NCBI RefSeq assembly: GCF_003428155.1 | Contig: NZ_QLIR01000003.1 | Coordinates: forward strand, 1 to 32,000 | Length of the DNA: 32,000 nucleotides | DNA from: Fastidiosibacter lacustris | GTDB taxonomy: Bacteria > Pseudomonadota > Gammaproteobacteria > Francisellales > Francisellaceae | Direction: 5' to 3' | Shown here: one piece after another, positions 9,411-19,670 of the stretch | How the letters are laid out: each line of letters begins with the position of its first letter | How positions within the stretch are numbered: the stretch's first letter is position 1 | Translations under genes and position numbers: made by a program | Notes under the pieces: generated by a model | Seen by the model: only the letters and a program-made list of their open reading frames with translations | Told to the model about the DNA's origin: nothing | The model's database searches: none

Positions 9411-10715
9411 ATGCCAAGAAAAAGACGTGGCGATGGGGATGGTAGCAGTATGCGTACACTTTATTGTTCATTTTGTGGAAAATCTCAGCAGGAAGTGCGT
9501 AAACTGATTGCAGGTCCTTCTGTGTATATTTGTAATGAATGTGTTGTATTATGTGAAGATATTATTGGTAAAGACGTTAGTTATAGTCCAGAGCATGATT
9601 TTTCAACACCTGAAGGAAAAAAGAAACTACCAAAACCAGCTGAGATTAAAAAGCATCTTGACGAATATATTATTGGTCAAGATGTGCCTAAAAAAATATT
9701 ATCCGTTGCTGTTTATAATCATTATAAACGTATCTATAACAAACAATCTCAAGATGAAGACGTAACATTAGCAAAAAGCAACATTTTGCTATTAGGACCT
9801 ACAGGATCAGGTAAAACGTTATTAGCACAAACGCTTGCGAAAATGCTTAATGTACCTTTTGCAATTGCAGATGCAACCACCTTAACTGAGGCAGGTTACG
9901 TGGGTGAAGATGTTGAGAATGTCATACAAAAGCTGTTACAGAATGCAGATTATGACACCAAAAAAGCAGAGTGTGGAATCATTTATATTGATGAGATCGA
10001 CAAAATTGCACGTAAATCTGAAAACCCATCAATTACACGAGATGTCTCTGGCGAAGGTGTGCAGCAAGCCTTGTTAAAACTCATTGAAGGCACGATTGCA
10101 TCTGTGCCACTAAAAGGTGGGCGCAAGCATCCAAATCAAGATTTAGAACAAGTTGACACAACAAATATTTTATTTATTTGTGGTGGTGCATTTGCTGGAA
10201 TTGAATCAATTATTCAGCAACGTACCGAAAAATCAGGAATTGGTTTTGGTGCAGAAGTATTTGGACGTAATGATCAAGTATCTCACAATCGGTTATTAAA
10301 ACAGGTTGAACCTGGAGATTTGGTTAAATTTGGGATTATTCCAGAATTGATTGGTCGGTTACCAGTTATGGCAATTCTTGAGGAGTTAGATGAAGAAGCA
10401 CTCGTTCAAATTTTAACTAAACCTAAAAATGCGCTTATTAAACAATATACTAAGCTGTTCGATATGGAAGAGGTTAACGTTGAATTTACACCAGAAGCGA
10501 TCAGGGCTACAGCGCACAATGCAGTGAAACGTAAAACAGGTGCACGTGGATTACGATCTATATTAGAAAATGCACTTTTAAATATCATGTTTGAAGCACC
10601 TTCAATCGATAACGTTGAAAAAGTCGTGATTGATGATTCTGTAATAAATGGTTTTGATGAACCGCTTATTATCTTAAAGGATCAAGCACATTTTAGATTA
10701 GCATCAGGTCAATAA
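9411..10715 (+). CDS. clpX: ATP-dependent Clp protease ATP-binding subunit ClpX
   Basis: N-terminal zinc-binding CSFCGK...CNEC, Walker A GPTGSGKT, Walker [10 protein letters not shown]. 434 aa. Confidence 0.97.
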   Translation: MPRKRRGDGDGSSMRTLYCSFCGKSQQEVRKLIAGPSVYICNECVVLCEDIIGKDVSYSPEHDFSTPEGKKKLPKPAEIKKHLDEYIIGQDVPKKILSVAVYNHYKRIYNKQSQDEDVTLAKSNILLLGPTGSGKTLLAQTLAKMLNVPFAIADATTLTEAGYVGEDVENVIQKLLQNADYDTKKAECGIIYIDEIDKIARKSENPSITRDVSGEGVQQALLKLIEGTIASVPLKGGRKHPNQDLEQVDTTNILFICGGAFAGIESIIQQRTEKSGIGFGAEVFGRNDQVSHNRLLKQVEPGDLVKFGIIPELIGRLPVMAILEELDEEALVQILTKPKNALIKQYTKLFDMEEVNVEFTPEAIRATAHNAVKRKTGARGLRSILENALLNIMFEAPSIDNVEKVVIDDSVINGFDEPLIILKDQAHFRLASGQ

Positions 10716-10729
10716 GGTCGGATAAACTC

Positions 10730-13081
10730 ATGAATTTATATTCTAATGAAAAAATGGATATCACAGAGCTTGTCCCTGTTATTCCACTGCGTGACATTGT
10801 GGTATGTCCATATATGGCTGTTCCACTTTTTGTTGGACGGGAAAAATCGATTGCCGCAATTAGTGAAGCACATGCTACGCGCCAAAAGGTATTGCTTGTC
10901 ACCCAAAAAATAGATGATGTAGATAGCGTACATGTTAAAGATTTATATATGCTTGGTACTTATGCCAAGGTTTTACAGCTTATGAAGTTACCAGATGGTA
11001 CTTATAAGGTATTAGTAGAAGGCATAAGACGTGCTAAAGTTGAAAAATACTACGAAGATACACCCTTTATTGCTGCACAAATTCAATTAATAGAGACCAT
11101 AAATGATTTAAGTGAAGCTGATGAAAGTGGTTTTGTCCGAGCGTTACTTTCTAGTTTCAAGTCCCTTGCTGATATGGGTGGACAGGTACCAAAAGAAATA
11201 CTTTCCTCTATTTTGTCGGATAATCAGTTACCAAGAGTGATTGATACGATTCTTGCACAAGTGCAAGCATCAGTGGCTAAAAAGCAAGAAGTATTGGAAG
11301 CTCCAAATTTGCAATTAAGAGCTTCTTTGTTGCTGAAGCTTTTAGTTGCTGAAACAGAAATATTGGAGCTTGAGCGTAGTATCAAAGATCGCGTGAAGTC
11401 TCAGATTGAGCGTAATCAGCGTGAATATTACCTTAATGAGCAGATTAAAGCCATTTATAAGGAAATGGGTGATGTGGATGAAGCGCAGGAATTTGATCAG
11501 CTTAAAGAGAGGATTGAAGCGGCAAAAATGTCAAAAGAGGCTACAGAAAAAGCATTGTCTGAGATTAAAAAGTTAAAAACAATGCCGCAAGCTTCTGCTG
11601 AATCTTCAGTATCACGTAATTATATAGAAACTCTTGTTAGTCTGCCTTGGTCGAAGCGCACTAAAATCAAGAAAGATCTTAATCATGCACAAGAAATTCT
11701 AAATAGGGATCACTATGGTTTAGAAAAAGTCAAAGAACGAATCTTAGAGTATTTAGCAGTCCAACAAAGGATGCGTAAGTTAAAAGGACCGATTCTGTGT
11801 TTAGTAGGTCCTCCTGGTGTGGGTAAAACTTCGCTTGGTCAGTCGATTGCTAAAGCAACGGGTAGACGATATGTGCGTATGGCATTAGGTGGTGTTAAAG
11901 ATGAAGCCGAAATTCGTGGACATAGACGCACCTATATTGGTGCATTACCTGGTCAGATTATGCAGAAAATCAATAAGGCTCAAGTTAATAATCCATTATT
12001 TCTATTAGATGAAATAGATAAAATGTCGTCAGATTTTCGAGGTGATCCTGCTTCTGCCATGTTAGAAGTGTTAGATCCAGAACAAAACAACACTTTTAAT
12101 GATCATTATTTAGAAATTGATTATGATTTATCTGATGTAATGTTTGTAGCGACGGCTAATAGTCTTAACATTCCAGATGCGCTGCGTGATCGGATGGAAA
12201 TCATCTATCTGTCAGGTTATACCGAAGATGAGAAGCTAAACATTGCTACACGCTATCTTCTACCAAAAGCAATAAAAGATAATGGTTTAAAGCAGAATGA
12301 ACTTAGTGTATCGGCACAGGTTATTGAGGATATTATTCGCTATTATACGCGTGAGGCAGGTGTGCGGCGTTTGCAGCAAGAAATCAGTAAGCTGTGTCGC
12401 AAAGCGGTCAAACATATTTTGTCAACAAAAGATGGTAAAAAGGTATCGATTACCAGTAAGAATCTACATGAGTACCTTGGAGTACGCCGCTATGATTTTG
12501 GTTTGGCACAGAAAGAGAATAAAGTTGGACAAGTAACAGGTTTGGCTTGGACAGAGGTTGGTGGAGATTTATTGACAATTGAAGCTGTATCGACCGTGGG
12601 TAAAGGTAAGTTGAAAATAACAGGTAAGCTTGGTGACGTGATGCAAGAGTCAGTTCATGCTGCTTTTACTGTAGTTAGGACCAAAGCTCAAGAGTATGAT
12701 GTAGAAGAAGCTTTCTATGAGAAGCGTGATTTTCATATTCATGTACCAGAAGGTGCTACACCTAAAGATGGACCCAGTGCAGGTATTGCAATGTGCACAG
12801 CAATGTTATCTGCATTAACAGGTATTCCAGTAAGAAAAGATATTGCAATGACAGGTGAGATCACTTTACGTGGAGATGTGCTTGCAATTGGTGGTTTAAA
12901 GGAGAAACTACTAGCCGCACTTCGTGGTGGAATTAAGACTGTTTTAATTCCATTTGATAACAAAAAAGACTTACAAGAGATTCCACAGAACGTCAAAGAA
13001 GGTTTGGAGATTATCGCAGTAAAAACCATAGATGAAGTGTTAAAACGTGCACTTTTGCTAAAAAAAGGTCAAAAAACTTAA
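10730..13081 (+). CDS. lon: Lon protease
   Basis: Walker [10 protein letters not shown], catalytic Ser context PKDGPSAG, catalytic Lys context GGLKEK. 783 aa. Confidence 0.97.
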   Translation: MNLYSNEKMDITELVPVIPLRDIVVCPYMAVPLFVGREKSIAAISEAHATRQKVLLVTQKIDDVDSVHVKDLYMLGTYAKVLQLMKLPDGTYKVLVEGIRRAKVEKYYEDTPFIAAQIQLIETINDLSEADESGFVRALLSSFKSLADMGGQVPKEILSSILSDNQLPRVIDTILAQVQASVAKKQEVLEAPNLQLRASLLLKLLVAETEILELERSIKDRVKSQIERNQREYYLNEQIKAIYKEMGDVDEAQEFDQLKERIEAAKMSKEATEKALSEIKKLKTMPQASAESSVSRNYIETLVSLPWSKRTKIKKDLNHAQEILNRDHYGLEKVKERILEYLAVQQRMRKLKGPILCLVGPPGVGKTSLGQSIAKATGRRYVRMALGGVKDEAEIRGHRRTYIGALPGQIMQKINKAQVNNPLFLLDEIDKMSSDFRGDPASAMLEVLDPEQNNTFNDHYLEIDYDLSDVMFVATANSLNIPDALRDRMEIIYLSGYTEDEKLNIATRYLLPKAIKDNGLKQNELSVSAQVIEDIIRYYTREAGVRRLQQEISKLCRKAVKHILSTKDGKKVSITSKNLHEYLGVRRYDFGLAQKENKVGQVTGLAWTEVGGDLLTIEAVSTVGKGKLKITGKLGDVMQESVHAAFTVVRTKAQEYDVEEAFYEKRDFHIHVPEGATPKDGPSAGIAMCTAMLSALTGIPVRKDIAMTGEITLRGDVLAIGGLKEKLLAALRGGIKTVLIPFDNKKDLQEIPQNVKEGLEIIAVKTIDEVLKRALLLKKGQKT

Positions 13082-13109
13082 AAAAAGGTGTAAATAGCAA
13101 TAAACCGTG

Positions 13110-13138
13110 TTGACGTGTGAAGTGACGCTTGCTATAAC
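13110..13138 (+). promoter_or_regulatory. sigma-70 promoter for hupB
   Basis: TTGACG (13110-13115), a 17-nt spacer, then TATAAC (13133-13138), about 70 bp upstream of the hupB start. Confidence 0.6.
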
Positions 13139-13207
13139 TTAGTCGAGTTGGCTAGGCAAGCCTAGTTACCAGCATAATGTTATTCAACAACGAAAGAGGA
13201 AAATATC

Positions 13208-13480
13208 GTGAATAAGAGTGAACTAGTAAAAGCAATCGCAGAAAAAGCTGATGTAACCAAGGATGTTGCGCAGCGCACATTGGATGCAACGACTGAGGCG
13301 TTGACTGAGGCGTTGACATCAGGTCAAACAGTAACTTTGGTTGGTTTTGGTTCTTTTCAAGTACGTGAAAGAGCTGCGCGTGAAGGTCGTAATCCTAAAA
13401 CAGGTGAAAAAATGAAAATTAAAGCTTCTAAATCACCTACGTTTAAAGCGGGTAAATTATTAAAAGATGCAGTAAATTAA
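13208..13480 (+). CDS. hupB: DNA-binding protein HU-beta
   Basis: 90 aa. [20 protein letters not shown] and [12 protein letters not shown] are colinear with E. coli HupB without gaps. GTG start preceded by AGAGGA. Confidence 0.95.
   Translation: MNKSELVKAIAEKADVTKDVAQRTLDATTEALTEALTSGQTVTLVGFGSFQVRERAAREGRNPKTGEKMKIKASKSPTFKAGKLLKDAVN
13291..13317 (+). repeat. perfect 12-bp tandem repeat (GACTGAGGCGTT x2 plus GAC) inside hupB
   Basis: Read directly: 13291-13302 equals 13303-13314, followed by GAC. It encodes TEALTEALT. Confidence 0.9.
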
Positions 13481-13559
13481 TTACAGTTTTATATTAGGAT
13501 ATATGGCTAGTAAAGGTAGCTTTAAAAACTGTTTACAAAGCTTTCCTCTCAGTATCATA

Positions 13560-13592
13560 AAGGCATGCTAAAGCGCATGCCTTTTTCGTTTT
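13560..13592 (+). terminator. rho-independent terminator after hupB
   Basis: Stem AAGGCATGC (13560-13568) / GCATGCCTT (13575-13583) with a 6-nt loop, followed by TTTCGTTTT. Confidence 0.8.
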
Positions 13593-13653
13593 AACATGTT
13601 AAGATGTCGCCAATTGTTATTTAAGCTAAATGAAAATAGGGTAGTTTTTTCAT

Positions 13654-15387
13654 ATGTTGCAATTGATTAACGATAAGTTTAAAGGTTGGGTGACATGGAT
13701 TATTATTGTTGTCGTTAGTGCAGTTTTTATATTAACGGGGATTAGTTATTTTTTTGTCTCAAGTGGAGTATCTCCTCAAGCTGTTGCTAAAGTAGGTGAT
13801 ATTCAGGTTTCACAAAATACTTACCAGCAAATGCTTACACAGAACATGCAATCTGAACCTTCAGCTAATTCGAAAGCATTGCAGCAAAAAACGCTACAAC
13901 AGCTAGTGGATCAAGCGCTTTTACAACAAGATGCAACTGCTTCACATATTATGGTAACCGAGTCTGCTATTTCAGCTGCTATTTTTCAAAACCCAGCATT
14001 TATTGAGAATGGTCAATACTCAGCTAAACGGTTTGATGAGATCGCTAAGCTTTATGGTGGAGCTGTGCCTATCAAATCAATGATTGCTAATAGCCTTTTG
14101 ACGTCAAGTATAGTAAGTCCAATTATGCAAACCCAGTTTGTGCTGAAAGATGAAATTCAAGCAGTGAGTGCGTTAATGGGACAAAAGCGAGAAATAAAAT
14201 ATTATAGTTTTGCAGCTAAAGATTTTAGTAAAGACGTCCAAATAAGTGATGAAGCATTACAGGCTTATTACCATGAGAATAGTACAGCTTACCAAAAGTC
14301 AAAAGAAGCCATCGTTTCATATGTGGAGCTTACATCAAAGGACTTTATAAGTAATGAACCGATTACTACAGAGGAAATTGCATCTTATTATGAAGCAAAC
14401 AAAGATGCACTCTTTACTCAGGAATTAAGATCAGGTGAAATCATAACCATTAAAAAAGATGCAAAAAATAAAGAAATCGTTGCTCAAGCATTGAAAACAA
14501 ATATGCTTTTAACGGCAGATCAGCAGAAAGACGTGACAATTGAAGCTATTAAGCCATTGTCTCAAGATCAAGCTTCCACTTATGCGCAATTTGCATTATT
14601 TAATTTAACGATGAGTTCATCTGTGAAAGAAACTTCAGATAATGAGTTTGTCAAGCTTACAAATATTGATATACCTAAAGAAATGACTTTAGAACAAGCT
14701 ACACCTATTATCAAAAGGATTTTAACCAATCGAGCAGCACTTCAAAAATTCAATGAGGTTTTAACGAGTATCAATAACAACAGCTTTGAACAAGTGGTTA
14801 AAACAAATAACTTAAAGGTTAGTACAACGAAGCCATTTAATCTGCAAACAACAGGTAATCAAGTGGAAGGGAATGCTAAATTACAAGAAGCTGTTCTAGG
14901 GTATAACAAAACCCAAGGTTTTATTAGTCAAGGTCAAACCGAAGGAATACTATATAAAGTTGATAAAATCACGCCTCAACGTACTTTGAGCTTTGCTGAA
15001 GTCAAAGACAAAGTCAAAAAAGCCTATATTGATCAGCAAGCATTAAAGCTGGCACAGCAAAAGGCGGAAGCTTTTTCACAAATACTTAATAAAGAGAAAA
15101 TAGATAGTAGTAAAGAAAAAGCAAAAATAGAGAAAATTTCACGTAACGATTTTGGTTTAGATCAGGCATTGAAAACAGCAATCTTCAGTGATGAGTTAAA
15201 TCAATATAAAACTATCCAAAATGGTGATGCCTATTGGGTATATGAAGTCACCAAAGTCATTCCAGGTGATAATGAGTTATCAATTCAAATGGTACAAAAT
15301 AATTATGTAACCATTGAGTTAAATGACTACCTTACTGCACTTAAAAATCAATATCCAGTTGAGATTAATCATCAGCTGATTGAATAA
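13654..15387 (+). CDS. ppiD: periplasmic chaperone / peptidyl-prolyl isomerase PpiD
   Basis: N-terminal membrane anchor (WVTWIIIVVVSAVFILTGISYFF), a long SurA/PpiD-like periplasmic region, and the conserved position after hupB. 577 aa. Confidence 0.8.
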   Translation: MLQLINDKFKGWVTWIIIVVVSAVFILTGISYFFVSSGVSPQAVAKVGDIQVSQNTYQQMLTQNMQSEPSANSKALQQKTLQQLVDQALLQQDATASHIMVTESAISAAIFQNPAFIENGQYSAKRFDEIAKLYGGAVPIKSMIANSLLTSSIVSPIMQTQFVLKDEIQAVSALMGQKREIKYYSFAAKDFSKDVQISDEALQAYYHENSTAYQKSKEAIVSYVELTSKDFISNEPITTEEIASYYEANKDALFTQELRSGEIITIKKDAKNKEIVAQALKTNMLLTADQQKDVTIEAIKPLSQDQASTYAQFALFNLTMSSSVKETSDNEFVKLTNIDIPKEMTLEQATPIIKRILTNRAALQKFNEVLTSINNNSFEQVVKTNNLKVSTTKPFNLQTTGNQVEGNAKLQEAVLGYNKTQGFISQGQTEGILYKVDKITPQRTLSFAEVKDKVKKAYIDQQALKLAQQKAEAFSQILNKEKIDSSKEKAKIEKISRNDFGLDQALKTAIFSDELNQYKTIQNGDAYWVYEVTKVIPGDNELSIQMVQNNYVTIELNDYLTALKNQYPVEINHQLIE

Positions 15388-15389
15388 AT

Positions 15390-16343
15390 ATGTCTTTATT
15401 ACAAAAACAAGTCTTTGCTTTGGCTGGTCCCACTGCTTCTGGAAAAACAAATCTTGCGATCAAACTTGCAAAAGAAATTGATGCAGAGATCATTAGCGTT
15501 GATTCAACGCTTGTTTATAAGGGATTAGATATAGGTTCCGCAAAGCCGACAATTAAAGAGATGCAAGGTATTTACCATCATTTGATTGATATTATTGATC
15601 CTTGGTTAAGTTATTCAGTCAATGATTTTTTAATCGATGTACAATCTTTGATTATTGATATTCAGGCACGAAATAAAAATGTATTGTTGGTGGGTGGGAC
15701 AATGATGTATTTTAAAGCTTTAGAAGAAGGAATTTCTATTTTGCCAGAAGCAAATGAGGCAACTCGTGCACAGCTAAAAGAAAAAACCTTAACCTACTGG
15801 TATGATTTTTTACAACATGCAGATCCTGTAACAGCGGTACGTTTAAATCCAGCTGATCGCCAGCGTATAGAACGAGCAGTAGAAATTATTTTGCTAACAA
15901 ATAAGCCTTATTCTATAGTCATACAGCAAAACAAAAAACAAGGTGGCTTAGGACAGAGACTCACCATATGCGCTTTAGTTCCACAAGATAGAAAAAAGCT
16001 ACATGATGATATTGATAAACGTTTCCACAAAATGCTTGATGCGGGTTTTTTGCACGAAGTAAAACAGTTAAAAGAAAACCCAAAAATAAACGAGAATTTG
16101 CCTGCTATGCGCAGTGTGGGTTATAGGCAAGCATGGCAATATTTAGAAGGGCAGTATGATTATCAAGCTTTTATTGATAAAGGCATTGCAGCAACAAGAC
16201 AACTTGCTAAACGTCAGCTTACATGGATTCGCAATTGGCCTTATCAGCTTAAAGCAATCGATACAAGTTTAATGGATAAAGAAAAACTTGAGCAGATAAT
16301 AAGTTACCTATACTCCAAATGTCCGACAAAAACGTATCCATGA
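15390..16343 (+). CDS. miaA: tRNA dimethylallyltransferase
   Basis: P-loop GPTASGKT, VDSTLVYKGLDIGSAKP, GGTMMYFKAL. 317 aa. The start is 2 nt after the ppiD stop. Confidence 0.95.
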   Translation: MSLLQKQVFALAGPTASGKTNLAIKLAKEIDAEIISVDSTLVYKGLDIGSAKPTIKEMQGIYHHLIDIIDPWLSYSVNDFLIDVQSLIIDIQARNKNVLLVGGTMMYFKALEEGISILPEANEATRAQLKEKTLTYWYDFLQHADPVTAVRLNPADRQRIERAVEIILLTNKPYSIVIQQNKKQGGLGQRLTICALVPQDRKKLHDDIDKRFHKMLDAGFLHEVKQLKENPKINENLPAMRSVGYRQAWQYLEGQYDYQAFIDKGIAATRQLAKRQLTWIRNWPYQLKAIDTSLMDKEKLEQIISYLYSKCPTKTYP

Positions 16344-16646
16344 CTTTGAATGGGTTCGAGTACATTGGCTTGTTTATTATTGATTCTGGTGCATAGGCAG
16401 TTATATAAGTTTTATAACTGAAAAGGCTATTAAGCTATAACTGCAAAATGATTTGCGATTTGGTGTGTATAGAAATTTTAAGTATAACCTAAAGTTTTTT
16501 AAGTAACTGTAATGTCAAATAAAAAAGGCTTGTGTTTAAGTCAAGTCTTTGTACAAAAATATAGGAGAAAAAAGCACCACATTTAATTTAAAAAATGGGT
16601 AAAATAACCAAATATTTTATTGTTTTTAATAATAAAGGAGATGGTT

Positions 16647-18782
16647 GTGTCTTTGACAGAAGCAGTACCAGAAATTGAATTACAAGTAGCGTCACTAGAT
16701 ATTTGGGATAGTAAATATCGCCTTAAAACACGTTTAGGTCAACCAGTTGACAAAGACATTGATGATACTTATCAGCGTGTAGCTAAGGCATTATCAGAAG
16801 TTGAGAAAACATCAACGCTTCAACAAAAGCATTATGAGGAATTTCTTTGGGCACTAAGAAATGGAGCAATTCCAGCAGGTAGAATCATCTCAAATGCAGG
16901 TGCACTTGAACATAAACCTGCAACTTCAACGATCAATTGTACAGTATCAGGCACTATTCATGATTCTATGGATGATATTTTACAGAAAGTACATGAGTCT
17001 GGCTTAACCTTGAAAGCAGGCTGTGGCATTGGTTATGAGTTTTCAACACTACGTCCTAAAGGTGGGTTTGTTGCAGGAGCAGGTGCTCATACGTCAGGTC
17101 CGTTATCTTTTATGGATATCTATGACAAAATGTGTTTTACCATAGCCTCAGCAGGTGGTAGGCGTGGTGCACAAATGGGAACATTTGATGTGGGACATCC
17201 AGATATATTTGACTTTATACGTGCTAAGCGTGAAAACGGACGTTTGCGTCAATTTAATTTATCTTTGCTGATTACCAGAGATTTCATGTATGCGGTTGAA
17301 AACGATCAGGTGTGGCATTTGGCATTTCCAATGACTGAGGCTGAGCGAAAAGCACATCAAATTGACTTAAATGATTCAACAAAAGTGTTGTGGCGTGAGT
17401 GGTCGATTAGGGATGACTATATTACCGATGATTCAGGGCTTGTGGCATGTAAAATTTATAATACTGTCAAGGCTCGTAGATTATGGGATATGATTATGTC
17501 TTCCACCTATGACTATGCTGAACCTGGATTTATTTTGATTGATAAGGTCAACGAAGAAAATAATAACTGGTTCTGTGAAACGATTCGTGCTACTAATCCA
17601 TGTGGCGAACAACCACTGCCACCTTATGGTTCATGCCTTTTAGGTTCAATTAATTTGACTAAATTTGTCGAGCATCCATTTACCAATCAAGCAAGTTTTA
17701 GTTGGGAAAGGTATCGTAAAGTGGTGCGTATCTTCACACGTATGCTTGATAACGTGGTTGAGATTAATGGCTTACCATTGCAAGAACAGCGTAATGAAAT
17801 TGAATCAAAACGTCGTCATGGCATGGGATTTTTAGGTCTAGGCTCAACGTTGAGTATGCTTAAGATGAAATATGGCGAAAAAGCTTCAATTGACTTTACA
17901 GAAGAAGTTGCAAGGCAGATGGCGCTAGAAGGTTGGCGTGAAGGTGTAGCATTGGCTAAAGAAAAAGGGAGTGCCCCTGTTTTAGAGAAAGATTATATCA
18001 TAACGGAAGAATTTTTACGTTTACGTCCCGAAATAACTGCTGATGGAATCAAAGTGGGTGATTTGGTAAAAGGACGAGTTTTACATGCAAGATACAGTCG
18101 TTATATGCAGCGCATTGCTAAAGAAGATATTTCAATCATTGATGCAATTTGTGAGCATGGTTGTCGATTTACTCACCACACCTCAATTGCTCCAACAGGT
18201 ACAATCTCGTTATCACTTGCCAATAATGTCAGCAATGGCATTGAACCAAGTTTTGCGCACCACTATTCGCGTAATGTGATAAGAGCAGGTAAAAAATCAA
18301 AAGAAAAAGTGGATGTATTTTCATATGAGCTATTAGCTTATCGTCATTTTGTCAATCAGAATGCAATACCGCATGCTAAAGATGAGGTCAATAAGTTACC
18401 AGATTACTTTATTGCAGCGGATAATGTGACGCCTAAACAACATGTTGATATTCAAGCGGCAGCTCAAAAATGGGTAGATTCGAGTATTTCTAAAACAGCA
18501 AATGTGCCAACAGACTTTCCATTTGCTGATTTTAAAGATATCTACCTTTATGCCTATCATCAGGGGCTTAAAGGCTGTACGACGTTCAGATTTAACCCTG
18601 AAGTTTTCCAAGGCGTGCTGGTTAAAGATGAGGATTTGGAAAAAACTATGTATCGCTTTACCCTCGAGGATGGCTCTGTGCTTGAGTTAAAAGGTAATGA
18701 AATGATTGAATACGATGGCGAACAGCACAGCGCTGCAAATCTCTATGATGCTTTGAAGGAGGGATATTATGGGAAATTCTAG
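16647..18782 (+). CDS. nrdJa: class II (adenosylcobalamin-dependent) ribonucleotide reductase, large N-terminal subunit NrdJa
   Basis: Active-site block TNPCGEQPLPPYGSC, SGLTLKAGCGIGYEFS, GGRRGAQMG. The track ORF starts at a TTG at 16620, but the GTG at 16647 follows AAGGAG (16635-16640) at 6-nt spacing. It ends ...LYDALKEGYYGKF without the Cys-rich C-terminal region, which is encoded separately (see nrdJb). Confidence 0.9.
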   Translation: MSLTEAVPEIELQVASLDIWDSKYRLKTRLGQPVDKDIDDTYQRVAKALSEVEKTSTLQQKHYEEFLWALRNGAIPAGRIISNAGALEHKPATSTINCTVSGTIHDSMDDILQKVHESGLTLKAGCGIGYEFSTLRPKGGFVAGAGAHTSGPLSFMDIYDKMCFTIASAGGRRGAQMGTFDVGHPDIFDFIRAKRENGRLRQFNLSLLITRDFMYAVENDQVWHLAFPMTEAERKAHQIDLNDSTKVLWREWSIRDDYITDDSGLVACKIYNTVKARRLWDMIMSSTYDYAEPGFILIDKVNEENNNWFCETIRATNPCGEQPLPPYGSCLLGSINLTKFVEHPFTNQASFSWERYRKVVRIFTRMLDNVVEINGLPLQEQRNEIESKRRHGMGFLGLGSTLSMLKMKYGEKASIDFTEEVARQMALEGWREGVALAKEKGSAPVLEKDYIITEEFLRLRPEITADGIKVGDLVKGRVLHARYSRYMQRIAKEDISIIDAICEHGCRFTHHTSIAPTGTISLSLANNVSNGIEPSFAHHYSRNVIRAGKKSKEKVDVFSYELLAYRHFVNQNAIPHAKDEVNKLPDYFIAADNVTPKQHVDIQAAAQKWVDSSISKTANVPTDFPFADFKDIYLYAYHQGLKGCTTFRFNPEVFQGVLVKDEDLEKTMYRFTLEDGSVLELKGNEMIEYDGEQHSAANLYDALKEGYYGKF

Positions 18783-18793
18783 GGAGCACAAAA

Positions 18794-19036
18794 GTGGGTA
18801 TTAATCTATTACCTGAATATGTTCGCAGGTACTACGAAATCTATGAATATAAACATGCTTGTACGATTCTCAAAGAGGACTTCCCAAATGAGTGGGCAGA
18901 TATAGTTTCGTTGCTAGAAGCCTTTAGGTTAAAGAAGAGCTGGATTATTCAATCTGGAGGGCGTAAGTCAAAGGTTGCTGAGTATATTGACAACTATTTG
19001 TACGCCATGGGGTGGGTTGAAAAGCAATTTGTTTGA
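18794..19036 (+). pseudogene. 80-aa N-terminal fragment of a BglII/BamHI/BstYI-like type II restriction endonuclease (catalytic core missing)
   Basis: YEIYEYKHACTILKEDFPNEWADIVSLLEAF...KVAEYIDNYLYAMGWVEKQF follows the N-terminal pattern I recall for BglII and BstYI (Y-x-H-x4-L ... W-x-E/D-I ... L ... GW-x-E). In those enzymes the catalytic D...E-x-Q/E block comes after this point, whereas this ORF stops at 19036 and the methyltransferase begins 13 nt later. The family assignment is from memory, not a search. Confidence 0.4.
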
Positions 19037-19049
19037 AGAGGATATTTAG

Positions 19050-19670
19050 GTGGGTGTTAAAGAAGATTTTATGAACGAACTCAAGGGGCGAAAGTTTAAA
19101 ACCATTTTAGCCGACCCTCCCTGGCAGTTTCACAATCGAACAGGTAAGGTGGCGCCAGAGCATAAAAGATTAACTCGCTATCCGACTTTGGTTTTGGATG
19201 AAATTAAGAAACTTCCTGTCGTAGAGATCGCGGATGAGACTGCACATTTGTATCTATGGGTACCCAATGCGTTGCTGGCTGAGGGACTTGAAGTCATGCA
19301 AGCCTGGGGATTTACTTATAAAACTAATTTGGTGTGGTATAAGGTGCGCAAAGATGGTGGTCCTGATCGTAGGGGCGTCGGTTTTTATTTTAGAAATGTC
19401 ACGGAAGTAATATTGTTTGGTACGCGTGGAAAAAATACACGGACTTTGCCTCCTGGGAGAAGTCAGGAAAATATTGTGTTATCAAGAAAACGCGAGCATA
19501 GCAGGAAACCTGATGAACAATATGATTTGATTGAGTCCTGCAGTGCAGGTCCTTATTTAGAGTTATTTGCCAGAGGGAGCCGAGAGAATTGGCATGCCTG
19601 GGGAAATCAAGTAGAAAATTACAGCCCTGATTGGGAGACCTATGCCAATCATTCACAGGTGTCAAAATAA
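19050..19670 (+). CDS. MT-A70 family DNA N6-adenine methyltransferase (DPPW)
   Basis: ILADPPWQF catalytic motif near the N-terminus, then HLYLWVPN, AWGFTYKTNLVWYK, FYFRNVTEVILFGTRG, EHSRKPDE and ELFARG. This is the typical block order of about 200-aa MT-A70 enzymes. The start could be the GTG at 19050 or the ATG at 19071. Confidence 0.85.
   Translation: MGVKEDFMNELKGRKFKTILADPPWQFHNRTGKVAPEHKRLTRYPTLVLDEIKKLPVVEIADETAHLYLWVPNALLAEGLEVMQAWGFTYKTNLVWYKVRKDGGPDRRGVGFYFRNVTEVILFGTRGKNTRTLPPGRSQENIVLSRKREHSRKPDEQYDLIESCSAGPYLELFARGSRENWHAWGNQVENYSPDWETYANHSQVSK

Noticed and set aside
13152-13165. Palindrome CTAGGC-AA-GCCTAG in the hupB 5' leader.
   Set aside because: It is short, with a loop too small for a stable RNA hairpin and no second copy in the window. 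I cannot distinguish a functional site from chance.
16353-16361. GGTTCGAGT, resembling a tRNA T-loop, just after miaA.
   Set aside because: The flanking bases cannot form a T-stem, and no acceptor, D or anticodon arms can be drawn. It is not a tRNA or a tRNA fragment I can support.
16350-16421. 23-codon hydrophobic micro-ORF (MGSSTLACLLLILVHRQLYKFYN) after miaA, considered as a type I toxin-like peptide.
   Set aside because: There is no ribosome-binding site and no evidence of an antisense RNA partner. It overlaps the hairpin region, so a chance ORF is more likely.
16576-16622. Possible pair of NrdR boxes upstream of nrdJa: ACCACATTTAATTTAA (16576-16591) and ACCAAATATTTTATTG (16607-16622). 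The two boxes are 31 bp apart, which is the canonical NrdR spacing.
   Set aside because: Each box matches the palindromic NrdR consensus (acaCwAtATaTwGtgt) at only about half the positions and neither is convincingly palindromic. In such AT-rich DNA this could be chance. It is worth a position-weight-matrix scan, but my reading of the sequence does not support it.
16344-16646. Cobalamin riboswitch upstream of the B12-dependent RNR (and upstream of btuF at 24483-24514).
   Set aside because: No GC-rich B12-box-like core (AGYCMGG-GACC-GCC type) is visible. The nrdJ leader is almost entirely A/T, and the btuF leader is only 32 nt.
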